Origin: Candidatus Doudnabacteria bacterium RIFCSPHIGHO2_01_FULL_46_14
Lineage (GTDB): Bacteria > Patescibacteriota > Doudnabacteria > UBA920 > 2-01-FULL-46-14
DNA length: 64,000 bases
Direction of reading: 5' to 3'
NCBI GenBank assembly: GCA_001779925.1
Contig: MFEK01000014.1
Coordinates: 1,011 to 65,010 of the forward strand
How positions within the stretch are numbered: position 1 is the first letter of the stretch; the number at the start of each line of letters is the position of its first letter. The translations under genes were made by a program, and so were the position numbers. Of the stretch, positions 39,201-48,550 are shown piece after piece. Under the pieces are notes generated by a model. That model was not told where the DNA came from and ran no database searches. It saw only the letters and a program-made list of their open reading frames with translations.

Positions 39201-39836
39201 ATGAAGTGGATTGTTGTGGTCGGGGCTTTAAGCAGTTTTGGGCAACCGATTTGCAAGAGGTTGTTTGATGCTGGATTTGGCATTTATGGAGTAGGCGTGC
39301 ATCTGAAAAAAGATGTGATTTATGATCCTGCAGTGTTCTCGTTCGACAGGGTTGACATCACCAATAGGGATGATACTGCCGAATTTTTCCGCGGGATCAG
39401 GAAAAAAGAGGTAGCGGGGCTCGTCAATGCTGCGCGGTTTGTACCATCGGTGTCAGATCCAGTTCGGCTAAATCTCGAAGTATCTGTAAGAATGTGGGAG
39501 ACCAATGTTCAGGGACTCGCTTATTTAGTCGACGAATTCATGTCTTCCGCAACGCGAAACCATTGGCCGCCTCCATTGACTGTGGTCGATATCGCTGATT
39601 GCGAACAAAGAGTTGGAGTGCATCCGCTTTTTTCGGCCGCAATGAGCGCAAGACGCAGGATGGGTTTTGAGTTGGCGGCCTTATATCAGAATCTGCGGAT
39701 TAAAACCATTATCCGTAAGGCCGAGGACACGCCGGAGCAGATCGCCGAAGCCGTGGAACTTCTGATGTTCGGGCAGTGCAAAGATTTCATCGGCGAATAC
39801 ACGCCAACACCAGATTCGGACTTTGCAACGAGATAG
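39201..39836 (+). CDS. Highly divergent SDR-like protein
   Basis: VVVGALSSFG and LVNAA motifs; YxxxK replaced by FSAAM; strong GGAGG SD. Confidence 0.55.
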   Translation: MKWIVVVGALSSFGQPICKRLFDAGFGIYGVGVHLKKDVIYDPAVFSFDRVDITNRDDTAEFFRGIRKKEVAGLVNAARFVPSVSDPVRLNLEVSVRMWETNVQGLAYLVDEFMSSATRNHWPPPLTVVDIADCEQRVGVHPLFSAAMSARRRMGFELAALYQNLRIKTIIRKAEDTPEQIAEAVELLMFGQCKDFIGEYTPTPDSDFATR

Positions 39837-39845
39837 ACCATCAAC

Positions 39846-39892
39846 GAGCCGGCAGAAGACCTTATTAGGACTTGCTGCCGGTTCAACATTTT
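39846..39892 (+). terminator. Putative terminator hairpin
   Basis: GAGCCGGCAG...CTGCCGGTTC followed by a T-run. Confidence 0.55.
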
Positions 39893-39914
39893 TGCCATAA
39901 TAGCTTATTATGAA

Positions 39915-39994
39915 CCCCGTTAGAAATCTTAACTTCTTACGGCGGCGACAAATTAAATGATAAGCAAATAATTAAAATAGGATTTCTAACGGGG
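39915..39994. mobile_element. Family A element A4 (80 bp) in a probably leaderless ATG start
   Basis: Perfect 13-bp TIR CCCCGTTAGAAAT/ATTTCTAACGGGG; TGAA at 39911-39914 and 39995-39998. Confidence 0.92.
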
Positions 39995-40746
39995 TGAAAA
40001 TTTTTATAACTGGAGTATCTTCGGGAATAGGGCAGGAAACAGCCAGGCTTTTGATTTCCGCGGGGCATGAAGTTTGGGGCATAGCCAGAAGAAAGGATTT
40101 ACTGGATAAATTGGCGGATGAGCTGAATTCGCCGTATTTTTTTTATTCCCAGTGCGATGTGGCAATCGAGGAAGATGTAAATAACACTATTCAGCTTATG
40201 GCGGAGAAAAATTTTATGCCTGATGTTGCGGTGCTCAATAGCGCGATTTTTCCAAAAGATCTGAAGGACGGGTTTGATTTCAGTGCTTTTCGAAAGACCT
40301 TTGCCGTGAATTGCTTTGGCGCTTTAATCTGGGTAGAAAAGTTTTTGCCAAAATTTTTAGAAAGAGGCTCAGGAAAATTTTTGGCCATAGCTTCTACCTC
40401 TGCCTTCCGGCCTGATCCGGCAAGCGTTTCTCTGCCTGCCTCAAAAGCGGCTCTGTCCATGGCGTTTCGGAGCATGGGGCTACGTCATAATCAGTCTGGC
40501 GTGAAATTTACCATAGTGTATTTTGGGCCGGTGGCGACTGACATAGTTCCCGAGTTTCGCGATACAAAAGGCCTCGGCAAACTGTTTGTTATGAATCCGC
40601 AGACCGCCGCGCAGAAATTAGTAAAAGCGATTTTTGGTAATAGCGCTATTTATTATTTTCCGTTCTGGCTGACTCTGATTTTCCGCTTGACCTTGTTTTT
40701 GCCAGATCGCCTGTTTTCGGCATTGAGCAAGAAAATAAAGAGATAA
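39994..40746 (+). CDS. SDR-family oxidoreductase (GTG start from A4)
   Basis: TGVSSGIG and ASK motifs. Confidence 0.85.
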   Translation: MKIFITGVSSGIGQETARLLISAGHEVWGIARRKDLLDKLADELNSPYFFYSQCDVAIEEDVNNTIQLMAEKNFMPDVAVLNSAIFPKDLKDGFDFSAFRKTFAVNCFGALIWVEKFLPKFLERGSGKFLAIASTSAFRPDPASVSLPASKAALSMAFRSMGLRHNQSGVKFTIVYFGPVATDIVPEFRDTKGLGKLFVMNPQTAAQKLVKAIFGNSAIYYFPFWLTLIFRLTLFLPDRLFSALSKKIKR

Positions 40747-40794
40747 AAAAGAAACCGGCGGAACATCACATCGGATGCCCACCGGTTAGTTTTG
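40746..40794. terminator. Putative bidirectional terminator between convergent genes
   Basis: AACCGG...CCGGTT imperfect hairpin flanked by A- and T-runs. Confidence 0.5.
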
Positions 40795-40796
40795 GT

Positions 40797-41354
40797 CTAA
40801 AGGGATTCATTTAAATTTCGATCATTGAACTCGAGGTTATACCAGACCAAAATCGCTTCGAGGAAGCCATAGTGATGCCGGAGCAGATCATAAGGAAGTG
40901 TGTAGACTGAATGCCACCAGAAACTCGGCGGCGGCTCATCTACAAGTTCGCATGCCAGTACTATGCCGTTTTCCGGTCCTCGTTCTGTCATGTTAAATAT
41001 CGAGGCGACAGGTTCTGCCCGATAGCGCAGCCGGGCGCCCCCCAATTCCCGTTTAACTCGCCGGACAGCATCTTCGTAACTATGGTCAGTTGCGCGGAGC
41101 ATACTTCCTGGTGATGCTGACCTGCCCCGCCATTCTGGAATGTCCGTCTCGGGACGCTTGTGCAATAACACCTCGCTTTTTAGTCCTCCTGAAGGACCAG
41201 CTCTGAGAAATACTGTCTCAATCGCGGTTAGCGCAACATGCGGCGCGATTGCATTGTAGAACTGCCGCGACCACGGTTGCTTGATTTTACCGAGCAGTTC
41301 CACGAGCTGGTTTTCCTGTTCCAAAGTTAATCCAGCAGTCACTTCGACCGCCAT
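40797..41354 (-). CDS. Divergent NUDIX-like protein
   Basis: SPGSMLR....YEDAVRRVKRELG resembles a degenerate Nudix box. Confidence 0.55.
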   Translation of the reverse strand: MAVEVTAGLTLEQENQLVELLGKIKQPWSRQFYNAIAPHVALTAIETVFLRAGPSGGLKSEVLLHKRPETDIPEWRGRSASPGSMLRATDHSYEDAVRRVKRELGGARLRYRAEPVASIFNMTERGPENGIVLACELVDEPPPSFWWHSVYTLPYDLLRHHYGFLEAILVWYNLEFNDRNLNESL

Positions 41355-41382
41355 GGTTCCCTCCTAGTTGAAAAGTTGTCGG

Positions 41383-42141
41383 TTAAAACAGTGCGTTCTG
41401 GATGGCCAGACCGCCGTCAACGCGAATTTCGGCTCCGTTGATATAGCTGGCCTGGTCCGAAGCGAGAAACGCGCAGACGTCGGCAATATCTTTGGGAGCC
41501 CCAAGCCTACGAAGCGGGATTTTTCCCGAGAATTCCTTGATCTTGCTTTTTGAAAGGCCGCGGGTTATCCCAGTTGGGTAGATGGCCCCAGGGGCAACAG
41601 CGTTAGCCCGAAGCCCTGTTGGACCAAGCTCTAATGCCAGATTTCGCATGATCCCGACCATTCCGTGTTTGGATGCGTCATAGGCCGCTCCATTGGGAAA
41701 GGCCAGTGCGGTATGCACCGAGGTGATAAAGATCACTGATGCCGGTTTTTTGCCCCGACGCGCTTTCACAAAGCGGTCTGTAATGCGCATTGTCCCTCGG
41801 AGGTTAACGTCCATGATCGCGTTGAATGTCGTTAATGACAGGTCAATCCTTTTTTTCTCCCATGAGAACGGTTCATCGATTCCAGCGTTGTTTACGAGAA
41901 TGTCAAGCTTGCTCCAGGGGATTTGCTCAAAGTTTTGTGGTTTGAATTCCGGGTGAACGATGTTCACCTCGAGAGTTACGAGGTTTCTGGATTTCGTCTC
42001 GCGCGACAATGACTGCAAACCATCCAGATCTTTATCCAGAGCGATAACCCTGGCTCCTTCCCCGAGAAATTTTTTGACGATAGCACGGCCAATGCCGCTT
42101 GCTCCGCCGGTCACCAAAGCGGATTTTCCTTTGAGATTCAT
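41383..42141 (-). CDS. Classical SDR oxidoreductase
   Basis: TGGASGIG, NNAG, YDASK and VDGG motifs; GGAGG before ATG 42141. Confidence 0.9.
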   Translation of the reverse strand: MNLKGKSALVTGGASGIGRAIVKKFLGEGARVIALDKDLDGLQSLSRETKSRNLVTLEVNIVHPEFKPQNFEQIPWSKLDILVNNAGIDEPFSWEKKRIDLSLTTFNAIMDVNLRGTMRITDRFVKARRGKKPASVIFITSVHTALAFPNGAAYDASKHGMVGIMRNLALELGPTGLRANAVAPGAIYPTGITRGLSKSKIKEFSGKIPLRRLGAPKDIADVCAFLASDQASYINGAEIRVDGGLAIQNALF

Positions 42142-42231
42142 GATACCTCCATTGTACATTGAAAGATTAGATATTATAAGCCTTAAAACCGATCATTGTC
42201 AATGCTTGTCATGCTATAATTAAAGCATGAA

Positions 42232-42398
42232 CCCCGTTAGAAATTCTGGGTGATTGTGACGGGGTCGCATGATTAACCCCGTTAGATATATCTGTAATAA
42301 GTCCTCTAATACTGATTAATAATATGATAATAAGACAGAAATTAACGATAATATTCCATATATATCTAAGCGGGGTTAACCATTTATTTCTAACGGGG
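42232..42398. mobile_element. Family A element A5 (167 bp including a nested copy)
   Basis: Perfect 13-bp TIR; TGAA at 42228-42231 and 42399-42402. Confidence 0.92.
42277..42375. mobile_element. Nested family A variant (99 bp) with a TTAA duplication
   Basis: CCCCGTTAGATATAT...ATATATCTAAGCGGGG; TTAA at 42273-42276 and 42376-42379. Confidence 0.85.
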
Positions 42399-43198
42399 TG
42401 AAAATTACTATCCTTGGAGCAGGCACTGACGCCTCAAATTTGCCAGGAATCGAGAACCGATTTCCGCCGGGATATTTTGTGGAGCTAGGGACAGAAAATA
42501 TTTTATTTGAATGTTCCGAGGGCGTAAGATTCAGGCTGGAACAGATGGGGCAAGATTATACTGCTATCAAGCATCTTGCCATTTCTCATTCCCATCCCGA
42601 CCACTATGTTTTGGTCCCGTTTTATCAGTCCATTCATAATAATCTTAACTGGAGCGGCCGCTATGATGAGCCGCACTTGCTGAATATCTATGCGCCGAAA
42701 AATATAACCAGAGAGTTTTGGGATATGTGGCGCATGCATCACCCCAATTTTCCAGAGGGTCTAAAAACTCCGAAATTGAATTTTATAACCATGCCAAGCG
42801 AGTGTAGGGTCGGCGATGCGAAATTATCCGGTTTTTCAGTTTACCATGGCAAAGGCCTCGTGCCTGCTGTCGCTTATAGATTGGAGGCTGGCGGTAAAGT
42901 TTTTGCGTATTCCGGGGACAGTGGAATTTGTGATGGTGTTATCGAGGCGGCGAGAAATGCTGATGTGTTTATCTGTGAAACCTCGGCAGGGATTGATGAT
43001 GAAAAAAGCGGCACTGTCTATGGCCATCTCAATCCGCGGCAAGCAGGGGAGGTAGCCAAGAGCGCGGGAGCCAAGCAAATTGTCTTTGTACATTACACTG
43101 GTCTTGATTCAGACGAAGCTATGATTGAAGACTGTAAAGTTTCGGGCTTCACTGGCAAGGTTGTTGTCGGCAAAGATTTTCAAGTTTTTGAAATATAG
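42398..43198 (+). CDS. MBL-fold hydrolase, RNase Z/BN-like (GTG start from A5)
   Basis: ISHSHPDH, YSGDS and GHL motifs. Confidence 0.85.
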   Translation: MKITILGAGTDASNLPGIENRFPPGYFVELGTENILFECSEGVRFRLEQMGQDYTAIKHLAISHSHPDHYVLVPFYQSIHNNLNWSGRYDEPHLLNIYAPKNITREFWDMWRMHHPNFPEGLKTPKLNFITMPSECRVGDAKLSGFSVYHGKGLVPAVAYRLEAGGKVFAYSGDSGICDGVIEAARNADVFICETSAGIDDEKSGTVYGHLNPRQAGEVAKSAGAKQIVFVHYTGLDSDEAMIEDCKVSGFTGKVVVGKDFQVFEI

Positions 43199-43237
43199 AA
43201 TCACGCGATAACTCCTCGCAGGTTGTTTAAATGTACG

Positions 43238-43267
43238 CTATGTTAGCGTACTAGTACGCTAACATAG
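43238..43267. repeat. Perfect 30-bp palindrome
   Basis: CTATGTTAGCGTACT|AGTACGCTAACATAG. Confidence 0.85.
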
Positions 43268-43304
43268 TCTATAGAATTAGCTTCGATCGGAAATCGGGAG
43301 TTTT

Positions 43305-43332
43305 CAACGGCTCAACCGCCGTTGAGCCGTTG
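43305..43332. repeat. 12-bp-stem hairpin
   Basis: CAACGGCTCAAC-CGCC-GTTGAGCCGTTG. Confidence 0.75.
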
Positions 43333-43350
43333 GCCAGTCAGACTGCCCCA

Positions 43351-43380
43351 TTGACATATAGAGTAATTTTGCAGTAAATT
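43351..43380 (+). promoter_or_regulatory. Putative sigma70 promoter
   Basis: TTGACA-N18-TAAATT upstream of AGGAGG-ATG 43428. Confidence 0.5.
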
Positions 43381-43427
43381 TAGCTGTCTATAACGGACAG
43401 CAATTTTCGTTTCTGTAGGAGGAAACA

Positions 43428-44060
43428 ATGGGGAGATATGCTCTTGTCTGGGTTCCGAACGGATTCGACCCGAATGGCAAAGGATTGCACACAGATGTGT
43501 TCGGGCGTGCGGGCCTCGAGCTTGCTAGTGTCCGCTACAGAGAATTGAAATCCCAAGGCCGCGAAGTCATCTGGGTGTTTCAAAAATCAGAACTACATTT
43601 TGTCGGTTCTGAGAGGCGGCTCTGGGAGACGGCATGGGACGAATCGCTTCAGGCAGGCATTGAACGAAGCGACATTCGTCTTGCTGAATCGGAAAAGCTC
43701 AACGGCGTAGGCCAAGTCAACGCGCTTACTGATGGCGTAGCGATTGCTGCGTTTTTCAAAAACAATCCCGTGTATTTCATTGAGATTTTCAACTGTCCTG
43801 CCGAGGTTAGTGGATATTTTGTGAAGACTTACAAAGCCAGCGGAAGGTTCATCGCAGGATACTGCGACTACCGTTTTACAATCGTGCCTACTACGACGGT
43901 GCGAGTAAACAAGAAATGGTTGAGAATTTATCAGTTGCTTGAGGTCGTCACAACCATCGCAGCCCTGACCAAACCAACGTATCTTCTGTGGTATTGGTTT
44001 CGCTGCTGGAAAGATAGAGGTCGCAGTCAAGGATTTGTGCGAACACTTGAGGAGGTCTAA
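43428..44060 (+). CDS. Hypothetical protein
   Basis: 210-aa ORF with a strong SD; no motif recognised. Confidence 0.65.
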   Translation: MGRYALVWVPNGFDPNGKGLHTDVFGRAGLELASVRYRELKSQGREVIWVFQKSELHFVGSERRLWETAWDESLQAGIERSDIRLAESEKLNGVGQVNALTDGVAIAAFFKNNPVYFIEIFNCPAEVSGYFVKTYKASGRFIAGYCDYRFTIVPTTTVRVNKKWLRIYQLLEVVTTIAALTKPTYLLWYWFRCWKDRGRSQGFVRTLEEV

Positions 44061-44698
44061 TGAACGAAAAACTTCTGATTGATTTCATTCAGGGGCTAAA
44101 TCTGGACGAGCTGCAAAAAGAAGTCCGCGCGGCATTTCTGATTAAGGCCTGTGATTATCTCGGCGATTTGCAGTATGCGTCAGCCGAAGAATTTCCCGGC
44201 GTGTTTCGCGCTCGGTGCAAGGTTGGATTGGGGTTGAATGGCGCAACTGAGGCAGTCACTGTTTATCGGGAGGGTAGTATTTTTTACGCCCAGTTCGTTC
44301 AACGGCCAAAAGACGATCCAGAATTTCCTGGAGAGCCGTGGCACACTCCTGGTAAAGGCGTGGCCAAAGGAGTGACCACTGCCCAAAGACTGCGGCAGAT
44401 CGCGCTTCCGGATGAATCAGGACTTGTGGCAAGCGAGCCGGAATTCGCCGGCGCAGTGGAGTACATCGGACCCGAGCGCGGAGCTGGAAAGAAACTCCCG
44501 GGTCACTGGATTTCCCTGATCTGGGTCAGGCGCTTGGCTCATCGGCCTGCGGATGGAACGTATCCAGGAGAATTCCACCCAGTCGGCGCGCCTCCGAAGC
44601 CGTGCATCTGGAGCCATAGAATGGCCATATTGCCAGTGGCTGCGAATTACCTGGAGACAGGACGGCCGATATACAAATTCGTGCGGCACGAGGTGTGA
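44060..44698 (+). CDS. Divergent NUDIX-like protein
   Basis: QRPKDDPEFPGEPWHTPG...LR...DESGL; strong SD. Confidence 0.5.
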   Translation: MNEKLLIDFIQGLNLDELQKEVRAAFLIKACDYLGDLQYASAEEFPGVFRARCKVGLGLNGATEAVTVYREGSIFYAQFVQRPKDDPEFPGEPWHTPGKGVAKGVTTAQRLRQIALPDESGLVASEPEFAGAVEYIGPERGAGKKLPGHWISLIWVRRLAHRPADGTYPGEFHPVGAPPKPCIWSHRMAILPVAANYLETGRPIYKFVRHEV

Positions 44699-44706
44699 TC
44701 GCATGG

Positions 44707-44759
44707 GCGGCAGTGATTTAGGATTGAGGGATGATCCGAATCACTGCTGCTTTTTGTTT
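44707..44759 (+). terminator. Rho-independent terminator
   Basis: GCGGCAGTGATT...AATCACTGCTGC followed by TTTTTGTTT. Confidence 0.7.
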
Positions 44760-44793
44760 GGCTTGAAAAACACGGATTTTTTTTATATACTAC

Positions 44794-45870
44794 ATGCTGG
44801 AACTACAAGGATTATTAACCCAAAAAAATATTAAGGTTTTAGTTACCGGCAATAGAGGATATATAGGTTCCGTGTTTACGGAACTGCTTTTGCAAAAAGG
44901 CCATGAAGTTATCGGATACGATGCGGGATTTTATGACGCGAACGCGCTGGCGGACCTGCCTAAACCAAACCGGCAAATCACCAAAGATATTCGCGACGCT
45001 TCTGCCGAAGATTTCGCCAACATAGAGGCCGTGGTCCATTTGGCGGCACTTTCCAATGATCCACTCGGGGACCTGGCACCTAACCTTACAGAGGAAATAA
45101 ACTTTACAGCCACGGTTCAGTTGGCCAAGCTTGCTTCCGTCGCGGGTATAAAACGATTCATCTACAGCTCGACTACGAGCATCTATGGAATAGCCAATAC
45201 GCAAACCGAGCTTGATGAAGATAGTGAAAAAAAACCGATAACCGTTTATGCCAAGGCTAAATGGGGCGCGGAGCAGGCGCTCCAAAAAATGGGTACAGAG
45301 AGTTTTACCGTGGTGTGTTTGAGGCCGTCCACGGTTTTCGGAGCCAGTCCCAGCATGCGTTGTGATATTGTGCTTAACAATCTGGTGGGTTGGGCTTACA
45401 CTACGGGTAGCATCGAAATCAAAAGCGATGGCACGCCTTGGCGGCCAATGGTGCACGTCCGAGACCTATCCCAGGCTTTTATTGCCGCGCTTGAAGCTCC
45501 TCAAGGATTAGTCGCGGGCGAGGCGTTCAATGTCGGAAGACCAGACGGCAATTTTACTGTTCGGCAGCTGGCAGAGGCGGCCGCGCGCGCGGTACCCGGA
45601 AGCAAACTGTATTTTGCCCAACATCAGGCTTTGGATTCGCGGACGTATCGCCTGAATTTTAAAAAAATCTTGACGGTATTGAAAGATTATTACCAGCCGC
45701 AGTGGGATATTGACCGTGGAGCCCGGGAGCTTGTGGATTTTTTTAAAAAAGTTAATTTTACCGAAGAACAATTTCACGGTCGCGTCTGCAACCGGCTCGC
45801 CCACATTAAATTTCTTATGGAAAACGGCCAGCTCGACGAAAATTTATATCATACAAATGAAGCTTCATAA
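44794..45870 (+). CDS. NAD-dependent epimerase/dehydratase
   Basis: TGNRGYIGS, HLAALSNDP, YAKAK and DGTPWRP motifs. Confidence 0.88.
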   Translation: MLELQGLLTQKNIKVLVTGNRGYIGSVFTELLLQKGHEVIGYDAGFYDANALADLPKPNRQITKDIRDASAEDFANIEAVVHLAALSNDPLGDLAPNLTEEINFTATVQLAKLASVAGIKRFIYSSTTSIYGIANTQTELDEDSEKKPITVYAKAKWGAEQALQKMGTESFTVVCLRPSTVFGASPSMRCDIVLNNLVGWAYTTGSIEIKSDGTPWRPMVHVRDLSQAFIAALEAPQGLVAGEAFNVGRPDGNFTVRQLAEAAARAVPGSKLYFAQHQALDSRTYRLNFKKILTVLKDYYQPQWDIDRGARELVDFFKKVNFTEEQFHGRVCNRLAHIKFLMENGQLDENLYHTNEAS

Positions 45871-46381
45871 AACCAATCTTGAGGGGGTTTATGTCGTCGA
45901 GCTTGAGCCCAAGGAAGACGAGCGCGGATCTTTTACCAGGATCTTTTGTCAAAACGAACTCTCTGGACAGGGGATTTCATTCAACATTGCCCAGTCAAAC
46001 CTGTCTATCAATAAACACAAGGGCATTTTGCGCGGCCTGCATTTTCAAAAACCGCCAAAAGCCGAAGACCGGATCGTGCAGTGTTTGAAAGGCGCGATTT
46101 ATGATGTGGCTCTCGACCTGCGGCCAGATTCGCCGACATACGGAAAATCGTTTGCCGCAGAGCTTTCCGAGTCCAACCCGAAATCAATGTATATCCCGAA
46201 AGGCGTGGCGCACGGCTTTCAAACTCTTGCGGATGACAGCCGCGTTCTTTATTTTATGTCCGAATTTTATTCGCCAGAGCATTATTTCGGAGTTCGGTGG
46301 GATGATCCGGCCCTTGGCCTCGACTGGCCGATAAAAAATCCTATTCTTTCTTCCCAAGATCAAAACTGGCCATATATATGA
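45857..46381 (+). CDS. rmlC: dTDP-4-dehydrorhamnose 3,5-epimerase
   Basis: DERGSF, LRGLHFQ, DLRPDSPTYG and AHGFQTL motifs. Confidence 0.92.
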   Translation: MKLHKTNLEGVYVVELEPKEDERGSFTRIFCQNELSGQGISFNIAQSNLSINKHKGILRGLHFQKPPKAEDRIVQCLKGAIYDVALDLRPDSPTYGKSFAAELSESNPKSMYIPKGVAHGFQTLADDSRVLYFMSEFYSPEHYFGVRWDDPALGLDWPIKNPILSSQDQNWPYI

Positions 46382-46382
46382 A

Positions 46383-46447
46383 CCCCGTTAGAAATGTCTG
46401 TAAATTTCAGCGAGCGGTGCATAATTAATAATTAATTTCTAACGGGG
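46383..46447. mobile_element. Family A element A6 (65 bp) in the rmlC/rmlD ATGA overlap
   Basis: Perfect 13-bp TIR; TGAA at 46379-46382 and 46448-46451. Confidence 0.92.
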
Positions 46448-47325
46448 TGAAAAAAATATTACTCATCGGCGCCACAGGGCAGCTAGGCAGCGCTATTTTA
46501 TCAGACACTCCCTCTTTTGGACTTGAGGTTGTTTATTTTCCCAAAGCCGAGCTGGACGCGGCCAACAACATTCAAGTAGAAGAAAAAATAAAAGCGACCG
46601 GGCCTGACATTCTCATTAACACTTCAGCCTACCATCTACTGCCGGAATGCGAAGAACATCCTGAGAAAGCCATGGAGGTCAATGTCGCGGCAGTGTACCG
46701 GATGGCCAAGTTGTGCAAGCAGTACGGCGTCACCTTTGTTAATTACTCTACCGATTACGTGTTTGATGGAGAGAAGGGGAGCTTGAACGCGGAAATTGAC
46801 CCGGTTCATCCTTTGCAGATTTATGGCATTTCCAAGGCTGCCGGTGAATTCGCAGTCATGGACGCGCATAAAGAAGGCAGTTTCATTATCCGCACCAGCG
46901 GGCTTTACGGCGGCCGAACAGGCAGCCGCAGCAAAGGCGGAAATTTTGTCTTGAATATCATCAAAGAAGCGCAAGGGAAAGACACGCTCGAGGTGGCCAG
47001 CGAACAGATTGTCAACCCGACCTATGCCGGACATTTAGGCGCCGCCAGCTTGCGGCTGCTTTCGAGCGGAGCCGCGCCCGGAATTTACCATTTGGCGAAC
47101 GAAGGGTATTGCAGTTGGGCGGAATTTGCCACTGAAGCTTTTCGCTTGGCTGGAAAACGGACGCGCGTAATACCGGTTGACCGGGGAGGAAAAAATGGTA
47201 TAATAACGAGACCTAAGTTCTCAGCGCTGGAAAATATCAAGGCAAAAAAACTCGGAATAAAGCTTCCTTCTTGGCAAGAGGGACTCGTTTCCTATTTTAA
47301 TTTTTTAAATTCGCCGACCAAGTAG
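46447..47325 (+). CDS. rmlD: dTDP-4-dehydrorhamnose reductase (GTG start from A6)
   Basis: GATGQLG, STDYVFDG and YGISK motifs. Confidence 0.9.
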   Translation: MKKILLIGATGQLGSAILSDTPSFGLEVVYFPKAELDAANNIQVEEKIKATGPDILINTSAYHLLPECEEHPEKAMEVNVAAVYRMAKLCKQYGVTFVNYSTDYVFDGEKGSLNAEIDPVHPLQIYGISKAAGEFAVMDAHKEGSFIIRTSGLYGGRTGSRSKGGNFVLNIIKEAQGKDTLEVASEQIVNPTYAGHLGAASLRLLSSGAAPGIYHLANEGYCSWAEFATEAFRLAGKRTRVIPVDRGGKNGIITRPKFSALENIKAKKLGIKLPSWQEGLVSYFNFLNSPTK

Positions 47326-47331
47326 TCAGTA

Positions 47332-48549
47332 ATGAAAAAGCATAATAAAAATTCCATGCTCCGTGTGCCGTATGCGCTCTCCGTGCATGGCCGCGAAGAA
47401 TCTCAGGCTGTTAGCCGGGTTATCGATGAACACCGGACAGCTCTTGGCATAGAAACTCGGTCCTTTGAGAAAGACGTGGCCAGGCTTTTCGGAAAAAAAT
47501 ACGGCATCATGGTCAACTCCGGTTCTTCAGCGAACCTTTTGGCGTTCGAGCTTTTAAATCTGCCTCGCGGTTCAGAGGTGATTACTCCGATTCTTACTTT
47601 CAACACCACGGTCAGCCCGATACTCCAGAAAGGGCTGGTGCCTGTGTTTGTGGACGTCAAGCCGAAAACTTTTCTCGCTGATCTTGACCAGATCGAAAAG
47701 AAAATTACCAAAAAGACCAAGGTTCTGATGATTCCCTCACTGATCGGCAATGTTCCGGATCTGCCGAAGCTCCAGCGGCTCGCGCGCAAGCATAAGCTTT
47801 TTTTGATTGAAGATTCCTGCGACACGCTCGGTGCCACGTTTAAAGGAAAGCCGACAGGCAGGTTTTCTGATATATCGACAACCAGTTTTTATGGGTCGCA
47901 TGTCATAAACGCGGCGGGAGGCGGCGGGATGATTTGCGTAAATGATCCGCGATGGCGGGACCGTTTGCTCATGCTGCGTGGCTGGGGCCGAACCTCCGCG
48001 TTGTTTGCCGATTCGGAAAAATTTTCAGAGAGATTTAAAATGAAGCTTGTTGGCGTTCCTTATGACGGGAAATTTATTTTTTCCGAGGTCGGCTACAATT
48101 TTCTGCCGCTGGAGATCAGCGCGGCTTTCGGACGGGTGCAGCTCAGGAAACTGCCGAAATTTACCAAAATTCGCCAGGGAAATTTTGCCGGTTTGCTGAA
48201 ATATTTCCGCCGTTGGGAGAAATATTTTGAACTGCCGGTGCAGACTCCCGGGACTCGGACCAACTGGATCGCTTTTCCGCTCGTGATCCGGGCCGGCGCG
48301 CCTTTTTCCCGCATCGAGATTGTAAAATTTTTGGAAACGCGTAATATTCAAACCAGGCCGGTTTTTTCCGGGAACATTCTGCGCCAGCCAGCATATGTCA
48401 GGCTCGCGAAATCCAAGGGCCTCGCAAAATTTCCTGTTGCTGACAGGATCATGAGAAACGCGTTCGTGGTCGGTTGTCATCATGGGCTGACGGAGCGCCA
48501 TCTGCGGCGTCTCAAGCATGTATTTGACCAGTTTTTGAAAGCTTTATGA
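47332..48549 (+). CDS. DegT-family PLP/PMP enzyme, RfbH/ColD-like (second paralogue)
   Basis: VNSGSSAN, EDSCD and SFYGSHVI motifs. Confidence 0.8.
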   Translation: MKKHNKNSMLRVPYALSVHGREESQAVSRVIDEHRTALGIETRSFEKDVARLFGKKYGIMVNSGSSANLLAFELLNLPRGSEVITPILTFNTTVSPILQKGLVPVFVDVKPKTFLADLDQIEKKITKKTKVLMIPSLIGNVPDLPKLQRLARKHKLFLIEDSCDTLGATFKGKPTGRFSDISTTSFYGSHVINAAGGGGMICVNDPRWRDRLLMLRGWGRTSALFADSEKFSERFKMKLVGVPYDGKFIFSEVGYNFLPLEISAAFGRVQLRKLPKFTKIRQGNFAGLLKYFRRWEKYFELPVQTPGTRTNWIAFPLVIRAGAPFSRIEIVKFLETRNIQTRPVFSGNILRQPAYVRLAKSKGLAKFPVADRIMRNAFVVGCHHGLTERHLRRLKHVFDQFLKAL

Positions 48550-48550
48550 A

